A stretch of DNA of 63,988 nucleotides, filler included, from Platydemus manokwari (lineage: Eukaryota): NCBI GenBank assembly GCA_037951405.1. It is 6 parts of 6 records of this genome, joined end to end, with 100 filler letters (N's around TTAATTAATTAA, not from the genome) between each part and the next. Parts side by side here need not be neighbours in the genome. Positions count along the whole stretch, not along the records: positions 8,930 to 19,612 come from JBBMOY011113442.1; positions 19,713 to 28,767 come from JBBMOY011285873.1; 4 more parts are not named here. One strand, given 5' to 3'. Both the position numbers and the translations under genes were made by a program. Of this stretch, positions 12,559 to 26,268 are shown one piece after another (position 1 is the first letter of the stretch; each line of letters begins with the position of its first letter). The notes below the pieces were generated by a model that was not told where the DNA came from, searched no databases, and saw only the letters and a program-made list of their open reading frames with translations.

Positions 12559-15540
12559 TTTATAAAATTATTAGACATTTTAATCATGATCAATCAATAT
12601 TAAATATATTATTGAATTTAATAAGCTGAATTTCAAAAATATTTTAAATTATGGCTCATATTATTAGTTAGTATGTAGTATTATTACTATATTTGATTTT
12701 ATCTTTAATTTGTTTTGACAATATCCGAGTATTATTAGTCTCTCTCAGAGTTTTCACAACACCTTGGTATCGACTAAACCTATTATTATGCTATTCTTTT
12801 GCCTCAATCAACTCTTATCCACGTATGAAAACGGGATGAGTGGCTCTAGATATTGTTTTTATATTATTAAGGCTATATATTAAACTATCGATTTCTTTAT
12901 ACTTTTTTGCACCTTCCAAAAAGGTAATGGGCTTGACAATGAAATGATATTGCTATTAACAATGAAATGATTCCTTAAGGCATTTGCCAATTCTAATATC
13001 AAAACTAGACTTTCTATTGAATACACTTTCATTTATATATAAATTACTACAAATATACACTTATGTATGGAATCAAAATCTTCAGATTATTGTCACATTT
13101 TCATCAGCTTGATTTCCCAAAACTCTAACAAATATATGAATTGCATAATGAATCAATTGTAATGTTTTTATTTTTGTAATACATTATCAGAAAGTTTTTA
13201 ATGTTTAAAAAATCCATCTCAAAATTTATGTTTTTTAAGTGGCGCATGTATCATTACAGGTGATGATAATTCACTGAGATTCTAATAAACATTAAATGAA
13301 ACATATATTCGGTAGGTTACAAACAACCACATTGCTAACGAAAACCATGGAAAAACTTCGAAAGGGTTGATAGACATAGATTCGATAAGCAAATGTTCCA
13401 AAAACCAATCAGATTTTTCATAAGTATCAATTCATGCTAAGAATTCAATAATCAACAGGATATTCTTGTTACATGATAGACATCAGATTAAAGAATGTTT
13501 TCTCCATGAATATAAGTTCCATCATCTTTCAATTTTAACCAATCTGTCGTGATTCTCTGTCAATAAGAAGTTGAATATTCTCAAGGCTAAGATTCATCTA
13601 AAAAACTAAGTTTGTATTCCAGAAAATAAGTCATTTTCATATCCGAATTATTCTCGTATAAGTCATAATAACTATCAAAGCCTAAAACTCTGTAAATATG
13701 TTCGCACGACTTCAAAGTATATTTACGATATTACTTTTTTCATTTTTAATCTGAAAAGATTGAAATTATACATGTGTCTGTGAAGTATTTTCTTAAGTTC
13801 TATAAATTTTTTGAATACCGTACGTTTAAACTTTACTGACACAACTTACACGAACTCATCATTTTTAAAGGAAATTAAATACTTATTATACAAACTTTCT
13901 GGTATACATGCCATGGTTTTTTTCTATACAAGACTAGAAAACTTTGGAAATACACAATCACAAATGTTTTACACATTTACTCCAATCTAGTTTTTACATA
14001 TGACCTCAAAATTCGAAAAGGATTTCTTATGACAAGACTAGTAAACCTAAGATAGTATATATTTTCCCAGATTATTATTATTATTATTATACACTAAAAA
14101 ATATTTTAAAAAATAAATAAATAGGAAGTAAAAATTTGTTTTTATTCATTTATTATTAATTTTTTTTACAGTTCTTGATTCAGATTTCAAATGACAAAAA
14201 TTTTAATAAAACTACTATAAGAAATTTGTCAATTGATCCACAAGTCACATTATCAAGAAATAGCCATAATAAATGCTTATTCTTAAATTCGTTGATGATA
14301 AAGTAGACTTCGCAGATCTATAGTCTACATCACTTGTAGTTTTTCTACTTTCCTATTTAAAACAGTACAAACATTTATCAACTAGTGATTAGAATTCATA
14401 CAAATTAAAAAACTAATGGCCCAATTTAGCTTGACAAAACTGGGAGAAATGAAACTGTAGATTAAATATTAAGATTAAACTAAAAAATCATGACATTTAT
14501 CGAAAGTATTTTGGTTAATATAGATAAAATTGAATAGTGATTTCAATAATTTCTGTCAAAATCATAACATTCATCATTAACCTTATATACTTGTAAATTG
14601 ACTTCAACTATTGCAAAGAAGGCTAACAAAAATGTATCAATATTAATCTAATATTAAATGAATAAATCGAAAAATATTCCATAGATTCAACACAATCAGA
14701 ATCACAAATGCTATGAATTTGTGCGATATTCATTGAAATATATTGTAAATGATAATTACTACATGATAAAAAATATTGAAACTTTTACGAACAATTGTAT
14801 AAAAATCATGAACATACTTCAACATTAAAAGTCAAAACCAAGATTAAAAATCAAAATATTGAACGGCTGTAATACGACTGCATAATAGATATAAAACATG
14901 CTAAAAATATTATAAACCACCATAGTAAATAATGAATTTATCGAAGGAAAATTTAATACAGCATTCTATTATTAATAAAATAATTCTAAACATCGGATTG
15001 AAAATTTAAATGACGCATATCAAAAGACGAAAATAAAATCTATATTACACGATGAAATTTTAATAATGGACAACAAAAACAATCTTATGAAATAATAATA
15101 ATAATAATTACTATAGTTATGTAAAAAAATTACAAATCAAAAATTATCTTTATGATCAAGTAATTTGTACAATGAACAAGATCGATGCGATCAGTTATAA
15201 ATTTCTTTCAAAAAATAATTATTTATATTTACAGGAGTGATTATGAATAATTCAATAAAAATTTAATAACAAATCAATAAATATTTTATATTGATAATTT
15301 TCGGCAAAAATGAGATTCTGTAATTTCGTTGAGATGGATTAACAAGCAAGACTTTAATGACAAGAGTTATCCGAGACCAATAGACAAAACAGAAAGCGTA
15401 TTCTGTATACACTTTAATTCAACATTGAAACATTTGAAATTGTAACTTCTTGATGGATTAGTGATCTATTTGATCATATGCTATAATCAATAAAATAATC
15501 AATCATGAAAAATATTTGTTATAATTATCAATATAAATAC

Positions 15541-16236
15541 GGTGAGAGAAATTTTTAAAGAATTAATTTTACATAAAATTATATTAATTTGTTCATATTA
15601 GTGTATTTAAATACATAATTCGGTGTCGTGATTTGTCAGTTCGTTTTCAATGCTTGTTTCATAAGATTTTTATGAGATTTTAGGTCAAAAACATACACAA
15701 AACTTTATAGATTTATAATTCACCTTAAATAGATTATAAATTCAGGATAATTCAAAATACTTTCCATAGTATTCATTGTGAAAATTTTAAATTAAATCAA
15801 AAATTTTATAGATTTAATTTTGTATAAAATTTGATTCTGTATAGAATATTTTTGAATAAAATCAAATTAGTTTGTGTGGTTTTTAAAATAGTTGCGGCTT
15901 ACATTGCGACCACACATCAGGATTCGATTTTGAGAAGATCAATGACTGAAAATTATGGAAAAGAAAGATGTTGAGATTATATAGAGAATATATAATGATG
16001 TAGAGAGAATATAAAGAAGATTTAGAGAAGATATAAAACATACAGAATAATTAGAATTTTTATGTAGATAAATATGTGAGCATTCGATACAATTAAGAAT
16101 ACAAAGAAAATCAAGGATTTTTTATTAAAAAATCAAAATTGATTTGTTTAAATAATTGTACTGAAATATAATTTGGTGTCGTGACTTTTCAGTTCGTTTT
16201 CAATGTGTGGTTTACAAAAATAATAACGCCATTACA
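15541..16236 (+). mobile_element. Degenerate TRIM-like LTR element copy plus an upstream LTR fragment
   Basis: LTR-like units at about 15541-15660, 15777-15903 (TGTG...GCGGCTTACA) and about 16110-16236. PBS-like TTGCGACCAC at 15904. The purine-rich internal region matches 36557-36789. Confidence 0.7.
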
Positions 16237-17542
16237 TAAATTATAATGAATTCATACACAATCCCACTGAAATAATGACAAATTAATGAAATTTATTATT
16301 GTAAACAATTATTCACTATATGAATAATCCCTGTTATAACATAAAAACTCATTTATTTCATGTTAAAATCTGTAATGAAGAATTAATAATGAATCGTTAT
16401 TTATGAAATTGAAAAATATTTTGTTCAATCATGAATATTTTACTGGCAATAAAATGCAAAAAACTAATTCACGCAGTATAAAAAAGATCAATACCGATAT
16501 AAGAAGAAAATGTATTTTAAAAAGCTAAGTGAGGAGGATCAAAAACAAATGTTCTCATTATAAACAAAAACTGTGTTGATAGATATTTTTTGACTATTGC
16601 TTCTGTTCATAAGATATCTTATGTGATGATCATTCGAATCTTAAAGTTCATGCTAAAATTTATATTTTTTTTCATTATTTTTCTAATAAATAATTATAGA
16701 TACATTTCGATTTTAAGATTACGCTCAAAAATATAATCTCCAGTTTTAATAATACTCGTTTCTGAAAACTATTAAAAATATGAATATAGTTTATTAGCTT
16801 AATTCTAAATCTAATCAAAAGGATATCCGACGCCGAAATCAATCTTACAAAGCAAGGTTTTCTGCAATCGAAAACAAAAGAATACAATATAAATCTAACA
16901 AATTCCAACATATAGTGTTTTATTTATTTTTCTCATACCAATGCAATAATTCCAATGTGACTGACATCTCTTTTAAGATATAAAAAATTCACAACTCAAA
17001 CTCTTAAATCAAAATTACAATCAATAATTTACTATTCAAAAACTAGACTGAATAAAGTAAATTTTCAAATGAAAAAAATTGAAAATAGTTATGGGGATAA
17101 TAATACAGGAAGAAAAATTCAGTCATTTCTAACTTGGACTGTCTCCTAACCCCTGATTGGATTACCATAATCCGTGACTGAAAATTGAAGATATGCCCAA
17201 GCTCAAATTTTCTGAGGAATCAAAGAAAGTCAAAAACTAGAATCATGAATTATATTCATTTTGAAAATACAAAGAGCCCTAATTTATTGAAATAAAAAGT
17301 GATTCAGACTAGTGCCTCAATTACATAGGGAAAAAATATTGCATTCAGATTATTAGAATTTCCAATTTTCCATTGTCTTAAAATACAATATATCTCATCT
17401 TTTTTCAATCTATTTAATTAAAATGACAGGAATTTTTTCCATCCATATTTAATAAAATATTCAATAATTAAACAAAGTTAATAAAAGTTAGAAAGAGAAA
17501 TATTTGCAAATAATAATTATTAGATTATTATCAATAAATTAC

Positions 17543-17779
17543 CAGGAGGCGACTCAGTGATTTGAGTAACATTTCTTATATCTTTGTAATTAGAGGAATG
17601 AATAACTGGCTGAATGAGTGAAGTACTGACTAATTCTCGATCTTGAGAATCAGTGTTTGACAACCCATGAGGATTATCTACTAAAGATCCTTCTACTAAT
17701 GGTGGAGCTGTAGCCCGTCTTAAAGGAGATTCAGTATCCCTTACACGGCCACATGGGATATAATCTGATTTGTGAGGTT
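17543..17779 (-). CDS. Isolated internal coding exon of an unidentified gene
   Basis: TTAG|AACC...CCTG|GTAATT boundaries; 237 bp, phase 1-1, fully open (xPHKSDYIPCGRVRDTESPLRRATAPPLVEG...TQITESPP); GC clearly above the flanks. Missing from the ORF track. Confidence 0.65.
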
Positions 17780-19612
17780 CTAATATCAGTTATATTTTTA
17801 ATAAGTTCATAGAAAGATAATCCTCAAAAATTGGAATCATGTTCAGTAAAATTTAATGTATTTTTTTTCCAAACGTCAGTGAAAAGTTTTAATTAAAGAA
17901 AAAATATTTTCATACACAGAAAATTGAAAAAATAAAATTTCATTAAAGAATCTATATATTTTAAATGTACAGAAAATTAAAAGATTTATCAGACAATTAT
18001 ACAAATATAACAGCAATTATTTACCGGAACAATAATTAATTGACGATTCCTTCGATTATTCCCGATGAAATTATTTTGTATTGCAAAACATATCATGTCA
18101 ATTTATTTAAATCATTGCATAAAATTGTTTTTTGGCTTCACCCGACTGTCACATTTAAATATAAATGCGATGGTTTTGTGGAATCACTTAGTCTTGATTG
18201 TTTGTGTTTAAAATGACGTTGATCTCTTCAGGAAAACTAATGCTATTTTTGGTGTGGCTTATCGAAAATGTTGTAATTTGAAAAGAATATATTTTTCATA
18301 TATTTATTTTATAAATATATATTTCTTTTATAAATGCTGATTGGCATGATCCAATTAAATGTTTAATGTTATATTCGTATAATTCAACACTAATTCGCAG
18401 ACAAATTTGAATAATGAGATCGATTCTGGTCATCTTTATGTCATTTATATGCTTTAATATGGATAGCAAATTTAATATATTTTCTGATTACTATAATAAA
18501 GAAAAATTAACATTAATTAAAATTTTATCTGCAGTTATAGTGCCCATCGATAAAAGGTTTGAATAAGTCTGTCGCTACAATGTGACAGTTCCGGTACATT
18601 TATTGCTGTGAGTAATGTAATTCTGGTCTCGATATTGAATATAAAATAGATAATTGATATAAATATCTTGCGAGGTCCTTATTTAAAGTTAGATGAGCAT
18701 CTTTCTTGACTAAAGAACATATCATTTATAATGTTGTATTATATAAATTTCTCATCCTTGATTCTATTTCAAAATTTCTTTCTTCCTTATGCGATAATAT
18801 CATTTTTTTTCTTTATTCTATTCACTTTTAAAACGATACGGCTGATATTAAACTAGATGTTGTAAAATGATCTCAAGAAAATTAAAATAAAAGAAAATTT
18901 AAAACTAAATAAAAAAGAATAAGTAATCCCACAACTACCTCATTACTGAGCATATAAATGCTAATGTCAGAATACGAAACGTGAGAAGACAGAACATCAA
19001 GCTTAAAGTCTTCATTATATAAGTGTTTTTGATTAATCAGACAATAATTTTTATCGGATTTATTTACGAAATAAAAATAGAATTGACAGTTTCGTGCTAT
19101 TTATAAATGAAATATTTCATAATTCTTTGCGAGCACCCTTTTAGACGGGGCGTCATTTATTTTAAATTATTTCTAACAAAATTTATCCACGTGATTCTAT
19201 CAGAGTGGATGTGGAATGCCATATATGTAATTTTTAATATGCTCCGTAGGTGACATTTTTGCGGCAAAAGTCGACGAGTTATAATTTGGTAGAAAATACA
19301 TCATCTTTGTTATTAATATCGCAACAACAACAGGTAGACAATTATGAAATCCAGAAGGATAACTGCATACTTTAATAGTTGGCAGCAATAATCAAAATTC
19401 TTCATTTTACACCAATTCTTTTATTTCCACTTATATAAGCTACTTTAGGTGCTATGACCATATTCTTAAAGTCGTTTAAAATTACTTCCATGTCTTTTTA
19501 TTAGTTGAAAGCCCCGACCTTTCTGTGAATAAAAGTGGTATTTAAAATTATTGATATTTTTTGACTATGGTTACAAAATGTATTTTTCAGTACAATATGG
19601 TTTGGATATATA

Positions 19613-19712
19613 NNNNNNNNNNNNNNNNNNNNNNNNNNNNNNNNNNNNNNNNNNNNTTAATTAATTAANNNNNNNNNNNNNNNNNNNNNNNNNNNNNNNN
19701 NNNNNNNNNNNN
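19613..19712. other. Artificial contig-joining spacer
   Basis: N44-TTAATTAATTAA-N44. Confidence 0.95.
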
Positions 19713-19977
19713 GTTAAGTAGTTTTTAAAAAAATTTGATTTAAAGTTCAATATATAAAAATCGGACATTTCATATGGGACAACCTAATACTATTTTTAGA
19801 AGCTTATTAACAATTGAAGCATGATTACGTAAATCAGCGAGATGATTTTATTATGTATTTTGTATAAATGATAATTATATTATACAAATATTTCTAAAAT
19901 AAAAAATTTGATAAACGATTTCAAACCAATATCATGTAAAATCACTAAAAGAATAACAGTTACTTACAGCGAATCAC

Positions 19978-20577
19978 ATGTACAAACTATTTTCATTAGA
20001 TTGCCTCAGTAATTTAATTTTAAAATCGATAGCCAATAAGATGATTGAATTAATAAATTCAAAGCAAAAGCAAAACAAACGCTTTACAATTTTCGAAATT
20101 CTTGCGACGATAATAGTTAAAACAGTTTTAGACTACGAACTAGAAAAGGGATCAAATATAATTGAAATTATTTTGAAACGAGTTCAAGATATCAAATTAA
20201 AAGACTCAATATCGATGAAACTGGTTATGGAATCGAATGAAATTATGTGTATAGAAATTATCTATGAAGATGTAGAAACATTGCAAGTCGGTGTATATTG
20301 ATGAAGTCAATCGAAAGAATCGTTTACTCACAAGTGGTCAAATCAAACTATGGTCAGAATAGAGAAATTAAATTTCATTAATAACATGTTGAATGGAAAA
20401 CCTCGAAATCGATATGATGTAGTTTATAGTGGTTAGTTTGAAGACACGAAGGTCATGCTTCAGAATAAAGCCATGGTTTTTGTTAATATGGAATCCTATA
20501 CTTAGAAAGTAGGTAGTATTCAGTTGAAAGAAAGATCTTTGGATCACATTCGGACATTAATCAACACCATTCGATAA
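19978..20577 (+). pseudogene. Putative intronless pseudogene (about 200 codons with in-frame stops)
   Basis: The 107-aa ORF continues in the same frame after TGA TGA for about 90 more codons with only two TAG stops (SQSKESFTHKWSNQ...SG*FEDTK...YT*KVG...NTIR*). Confidence 0.45.
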
Positions 20578-20727
20578 TACAATAAATGCACGAGAAATTT
20601 AATTCTTTTCTCAATTTTTTTAAAATTTCAAATTCTTAAAAATATATTAAAAATTAAAGATATGCTAAATATTTTAATTATGAAAAAAATACACAAAAAA
20701 TTTATTTATCGAGAAAACTAAAGAAAA

Positions 20728-21272
20728 TCAATTTTTAATTTTCACTGAAAAACCTTCTCCAGTTCTCCTATAATGTGACCTACGTTTCAAATATAATTCC
20801 GTTACTTCTTTCGTGAATTCCTCATCATTGAACCTGAATTTATAAACACATTAGAAATAATCATCGAAAATCATCACCAAAATTCAATAATATTTTCCAT
20901 TGTTACCATTTTTTGTGACAATCTTCAACTAATTTCAATTCAGTTTTACATCGCCATGGTGCTTTGGCTCGCTTTTCTTTGGAACATTTGCTAAAAACTT
21001 CAATCTAAAAATATTTAAGCTTATCAGCATAAAACAATTACTTTCCCAAACATCTTTGCAATGTTCGGTTCTAATAATTTCTCGTTTCATTTCTGGGATT
21101 AGTATGCTTACTTCAACTTTTCTAAGTTTTGTTGAATCGGGATCACCTATAATTGTCAATATTTACAAATGAGAAGTATTTAAATACCAAGATTCTTTGG
21201 ACCCCCACCCATATCCTTAGGAAGAGCTGCATAATTTTCCTTGAAAATATATTTATTCAATAAATCTTCCAT
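20728..21272 (-). CDS. CMC1: COX assembly mitochondrial protein CMC1 (twin CX9C protein), complete, 4 exons, 128 aa
   Basis: Exons 21272-21188, 21146-21042, 20997-20907, 20833-20728. Protein MEDLLNK...GGGPKNLGDPDSTKLRKVEVSILIPEMKRE...CKDVWEIFSKC...WRCKTELKLVEDC.KKWFNDEEF...YLKRRSHYRRTG. It has two CX9C motifs and the LRKVE..LIP and YL..RS.YRRTG signatures of CMC1. Confidence 0.9.
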
Positions 21273-22823
21273 TCAAATTCGTGACATGTGAAAATTTATT
21301 AAAACAATACTTAGAATTTGTGTATCTCTTAAAACCAAATGAAATGAAAACTGATTCTTTTAAAATGCCAAATCATGAGATATTAAAATGTTTAATTATT
21401 AAATAGTATCCTGACAATTTACGAAATATTTAACAGATGTAAAAATTAAATAACATTTATTGAAAGGTATATGTAAAGTAAAATTAATGAAAAGATAACA
21501 ACCTCGATATAACTTTCAAATATATGCAGCTTTATGAAGCTCTGTATGATGTTATTCATGTTCGCTTAATAAAATAATTCTTCAAAAGTTTATCTCATCA
21601 ATGTATTTATGAAGCAAATAATATTATTAAATAATATTTGAAAATAATTAACTTGAAGATATGCTTATTTTTGAATCAAAAATTGTTAACACCCTATCCA
21701 CAATCTTGTTATCTTTAGAAAACTATGAGTTTTAAATAAATATATGCGGTCAATCGTGATAAGTATATCAGACATGGATACCCAATGACATGGAATTCTT
21801 GATCATTTCAGTACTGATATTTTGATAATTGACATTAAAACACACATTTACCAAACTATTTTATTTAGGAAATAGTATTAAACCAACGAACATTTGTAAT
21901 AAAAGAAAAGATTTTAGAATTTAAATGTGTGTTACTGAAGCTCTCCAGAGCAAGTGGAGCACAAAACCATCACCCTCATTCCATAAAAAATAATAAATGT
22001 ATTTTATGGTAATTAAAATTAATATGACAGAAAATAGTAAACTACGATAGTAAAATATAATAAAAATTTATTAACAATAATTTAAGGTATATAATTCAGT
22101 ACGATAAATATCATAGTAATTATATAAAAGTATTGTAAAAAATTATTTATCATTTTTATAATTATTTAAAACAGAACAGTCTTAGTAAATTTCTAATCAT
22201 ACTTTAAAATTAAATGAAATAATTAATAATCACACGATTTTAATGGTCAGTAAAACCACAGACTTAAATTAATTATTAGCATTATTAGGCAAAAGCCACA
22301 GTATAAATATCGCAAAAATTAAAAATAAAGACAAATGAATGTTTTTTTGACATTCGGCATTTATAAAATTGAATATTTTTAATTTGAAAGATTTCAACAA
22401 TTTACCGGTTGACTACGTAATTCGAAACTTAGAATTTGAACAATATCATAAAAAAACAACCAAAACATCCTGGACATGCATACATAATTTTGAAATATTA
22501 ACATAACTACCATCAGGATTTCTATTAGTACTCTCTAAAATAATACGGTAAATTCTTTGAAATGAAAGTGACAATATATAATTATGAAAAAATAAAAGAA
22601 TGTATTGAATAATAAATTCATAAAGGATCCTGACAATACAACTATTACCGATTAAAGTAATGCACAAATTATTTCTAAATAACACATTGTATAATGATTC
22701 AGTGTGACTTATAAATGGGACTCACGATTAACCGCGGCCCAAGGATTTAAACATCAAGTGGCGGAGAATTCACGGTTCTGCCCCTGAAAATGCCATAATC
22801 TGATGTAATGTCATTCTTTAGAG

Positions 22824-22928
22824 CAGAGGTGGCCAACTTTTGTGTACGTAATATCGACTTTTCATTTGAATAACATCTCGAGCGATCGACTAAAATTGGC
22901 TTCAAGATCGACCGGTTAGCCACTCCTG
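22824..22928. mobile_element. hAT (Buster/Charlie-like) MITE, 105 bp
   Basis: TIRs CAGAGGTGGCCAAC and GTTAGCCACTCCTG; 8-bp flanks CTTTAGAG and CTTCAGAC (6/8 match). Confidence 0.65.
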
Positions 22929-23179
22929 CTTCAGACCATGTTAATGTAATTTGTTTCGAATACTTTTTTGTTTAGTCTGTTGCATAATCTCATTAGTCAC
23001 TCATTGCGTCATTAATTTTTCCGAGATCAGAATAAATATTAAATATGTAAGTCGATTTATAGAATTGATGGTACTTGTGGTAGCAATTTGACCCATCGCG
23101 TACTTTACAATCAATGAGGCTTATTTAAAAGTAGTTAAATAATCTTAGAGAATGATCAATAACAATAACAAGCAACACA

Positions 23180-24003
23180 AAATAACTGCAGTGAACATTT
23201 GACCAGAACAGCAGGTTTAAGAATTTGGACAGGATAAAATGGTTTACTGTGGTGCAAAACATGTAACAAACCGGTTGATTATGATAAACACCAGATTATT
23301 ACCGATCATCTGCCGCCAAAAAAGTACACAAAGTGCAAATAAACAACAATAAATAAACTAAGCAGCTTACAATAAACAGATCTACATCTGTGAGAATATT
23401 TGATCAGCGATAGCTATCATTCTTATTGAAGAATTTTGCTGATCACCCACAACCAGCACCAACGATTATGGTTACAGTATATTAATTGGAAGCTTATCCG
23501 AACATGGAATTTTGTGAAGTAGTTTTGTTTATATGACTGCTTTTTGGTGTACCTTAGTAACTCTTGCAAAGGTCAATATCGCGCTTCCAGTCTCTTCTGT
23601 TGATGTGGAACATTATTTCTCAAAATATAAATCGGTGATGTTATCACTAGAATATTGCTTGTCACAATAAAACCTATGAGCTTACAGTGCCGTTTTCATT
23701 GACAATTAGTAAATTATAAATTTAGAAACATTATTCGATAGTTTTTTGAGGATAATATTAATAAATTATATTATACTACATAGGATGATGTGTTTTAGCA
23801 TGATTGGCCCGAATCAAATATGTGCATGAAAATATGCAGATGTGATCGCTTTGGTGTACTTATTTGATTAAGAATGAATAGAATTATGATTAAGTGATTA
23901 TTGATTAATGATATCTAATTAAGAATAAGAAAAATTGCATTTATTTTACTTGGGTTGCGAATTAGTCCTATGGAATTCTGGTATTACATTTCTGGTATGC
24001 CCT
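23180..24003 (+). mobile_element. Internally deleted hAT transposon with CGGBP1-like zinc finger and hAT dimerisation-domain remnant
   Basis: 23241-23312 reads GLLWCKTCNKPVDYDKHQIITDHL (CGGBP1/BED-type CxxC...DHL). 23554-23680 reads LVTLAKVNIALPVSSVDVEHYFSKYKSV (hAT P.SS..VERSFS motif). Possible right TIR ...CTGGTATGCCCTG ends at 24003. The left boundary is approximate. Confidence 0.7.
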
Positions 24004-26268
24004 GTTAATTGTCACTAAATTCACAAAAACGTACTGTAAAATTTACGGTTTCCTCCCCCAGTTAATTGTGAACAGTACTTATAATAAAGCAGAACTAAGT
24101 GGTAACTTGGTTTATCAGATTTGAATCAAAAAAATAACAAAGCCAGAATTATTCACAGACATTGTTAGAAAAAGCGGCAGCAAAAATCGCAACATATTTT
24201 GCTAAGTATAGCAGATTAAAGAACAGTCGACCATGTACACACACGACTTGGTCAGAAAGATAACTAAATGATTGGATTGCTCATTCAGCCGTTGGTACTT
24301 CATTTTCGCAATGAGTATGAGTACACTTTATCGCCAGCATTATATATAAAGATTTAATTTCTTTATTTTTGATAATAAACTTAATAGAAATTTTATGATC
24401 ATTTTGAAGTAGTTATCTGTGGGTATTTTCATGGCCCTGCAATTATTATAAATTCATCATCATCCCACTTTATTTTTGTTTTACTATTGTCGAATATGTA
24501 GCAAAAATAGGTAAGGTACTTACGGAATAACCTTCGAAAGGTTTGATACACATAGAGTCAACGAGCATACATCCCAATAGCCAATCAGATGTCTCGAAAT
24601 ACCAATCCATGAATTGAATTCGATCATCAATTGGTGCACAGGAACAAAAAGCAGCAAACTCTAAGATAAGTCAATAAACTTTATCGAATAAAAATCTACT
24701 AACAAATCTACATGACAGCAGGTAAACACACACGACAAGTCTGTAAAAAGGAGTCGAATCTCGTGAACGACTATGTAGCTTTACTTCTGTCTTATTACTT
24801 TGTGTGATTATTCTAATAACTAATCTTTTATGGTAATTATTTCCTTCACTGTTTTATCTCTCAAGTGATAATCTCAATGTAAATTGCTAATTGTTTTTCT
24901 TCTTTGAGCTTATTTTACCACAAGAATATTGGCAGTTTGATCTTAAAGTGTAACCTTTTTCAATATTAAATCTATAGTTTAAGGCTTGTTAACCAGACCA
25001 CTTGACACTTTCCTTGAGATTCACTATGTTTCTAAGATCTATTAATAGTTTATGATTATACTCTTGTATAATTTCAAAATATTTCAGTGCTCTCATTTTT
25101 TGCTTTTACTTGGATATCATTTATTATTTTATTTATTCTAAATAGTTCTATTACTTTCTTAAAATTCAAAACTTTTACTATTTTTAAAAGAGTCAAATTA
25201 AGCTGAGAATTTTTTGAATTCAAACGATAACATTAAATGAAAATATTGAAAATAAAAGGATATTTCTCACCCGAAATTGACCTGGAATGATCAATTAATT
25301 GAAAGAATAAGTACAAAATATATCGATTCGATGAAATGTGAATTAAAATCTTCGAGTTAATATGTATGTTGTAAAGAATTGTGGTCAGATAGCTCATTAA
25401 AATGATGATAGGATGCATACGAGAAAGAAATACTGCTCGGGTTAAACATGTAGTTAAATTTCTGTAATAAAAATTCAGCCACTTCAAAGTCACTTTTGAT
25501 TTAACGCGATTTTTTGAAGTTTATAATTCACAATTAACATTTGAGTCCTCATGCAGTTCTCAGGTGATTTCTATATGATTTCAAAATGTGTGTTCATATG
25601 AGGAATTATTAAGCAGAGTAGAAAACATATGTTCCCAAATAATCATTATAATCAATAGAGAAAATGTCTGTTTTTGAAAGAATATTCATTTAGGTTTTCA
25701 TAGAAAATCTAATTTATCAAGTACTTACTGGACTGTTATAGAATTATCTTATTTATATTGTTGTGGAATTTTTTTAATTTCTTATTTAGTTATCCGATTT
25801 TACTTAATAAGAATTTCGTAGGTTAAGTTTACAAAAATCAATATCAAAAAGAAAACTTAATGAAGATGGATTAGTATTCAGGTATGTACAGGTCACTCTT
25901 TATTTCAACAAGTAGTTGAATTCAATGGAAACTGATTTATTAGGTGGAGTCTGATAGAAGGCAGTGTCACAGATTCTGTACTTTGGTGATTTTCTTCTTC
26001 ATATTCTTATTTTTGTCTTTGAATGTCATCTAATGAGTATCTTGGCTTTATTTCCTTTAACAGCTATAAATATCAGATTTTATTATCTCAAATATTTCCT
26101 AAATCATGATTTAAGGTTATTTTTATAAAATACAGGCTGTAAATCTATTTATTCAATAAAATTTAATGATTGATTAATTTATTTATCGTTTTATTATTTT
26201 GTGAGAATAGTTAAGAATATTTATACGACTAATATTAGAACTTAGCCTATATCATTGGTTGTATAGAA

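Noticed and set aside
13080-13600. Coding-like minus-strand stretch
   Set aside because: Multiple stops and frameshifts and no identifiable family.
19200-19388. Possible Merlin-like VDE..FG.KY remnant on the plus strand
   Set aside because: A single weak motif with stops and no supporting downstream motifs.
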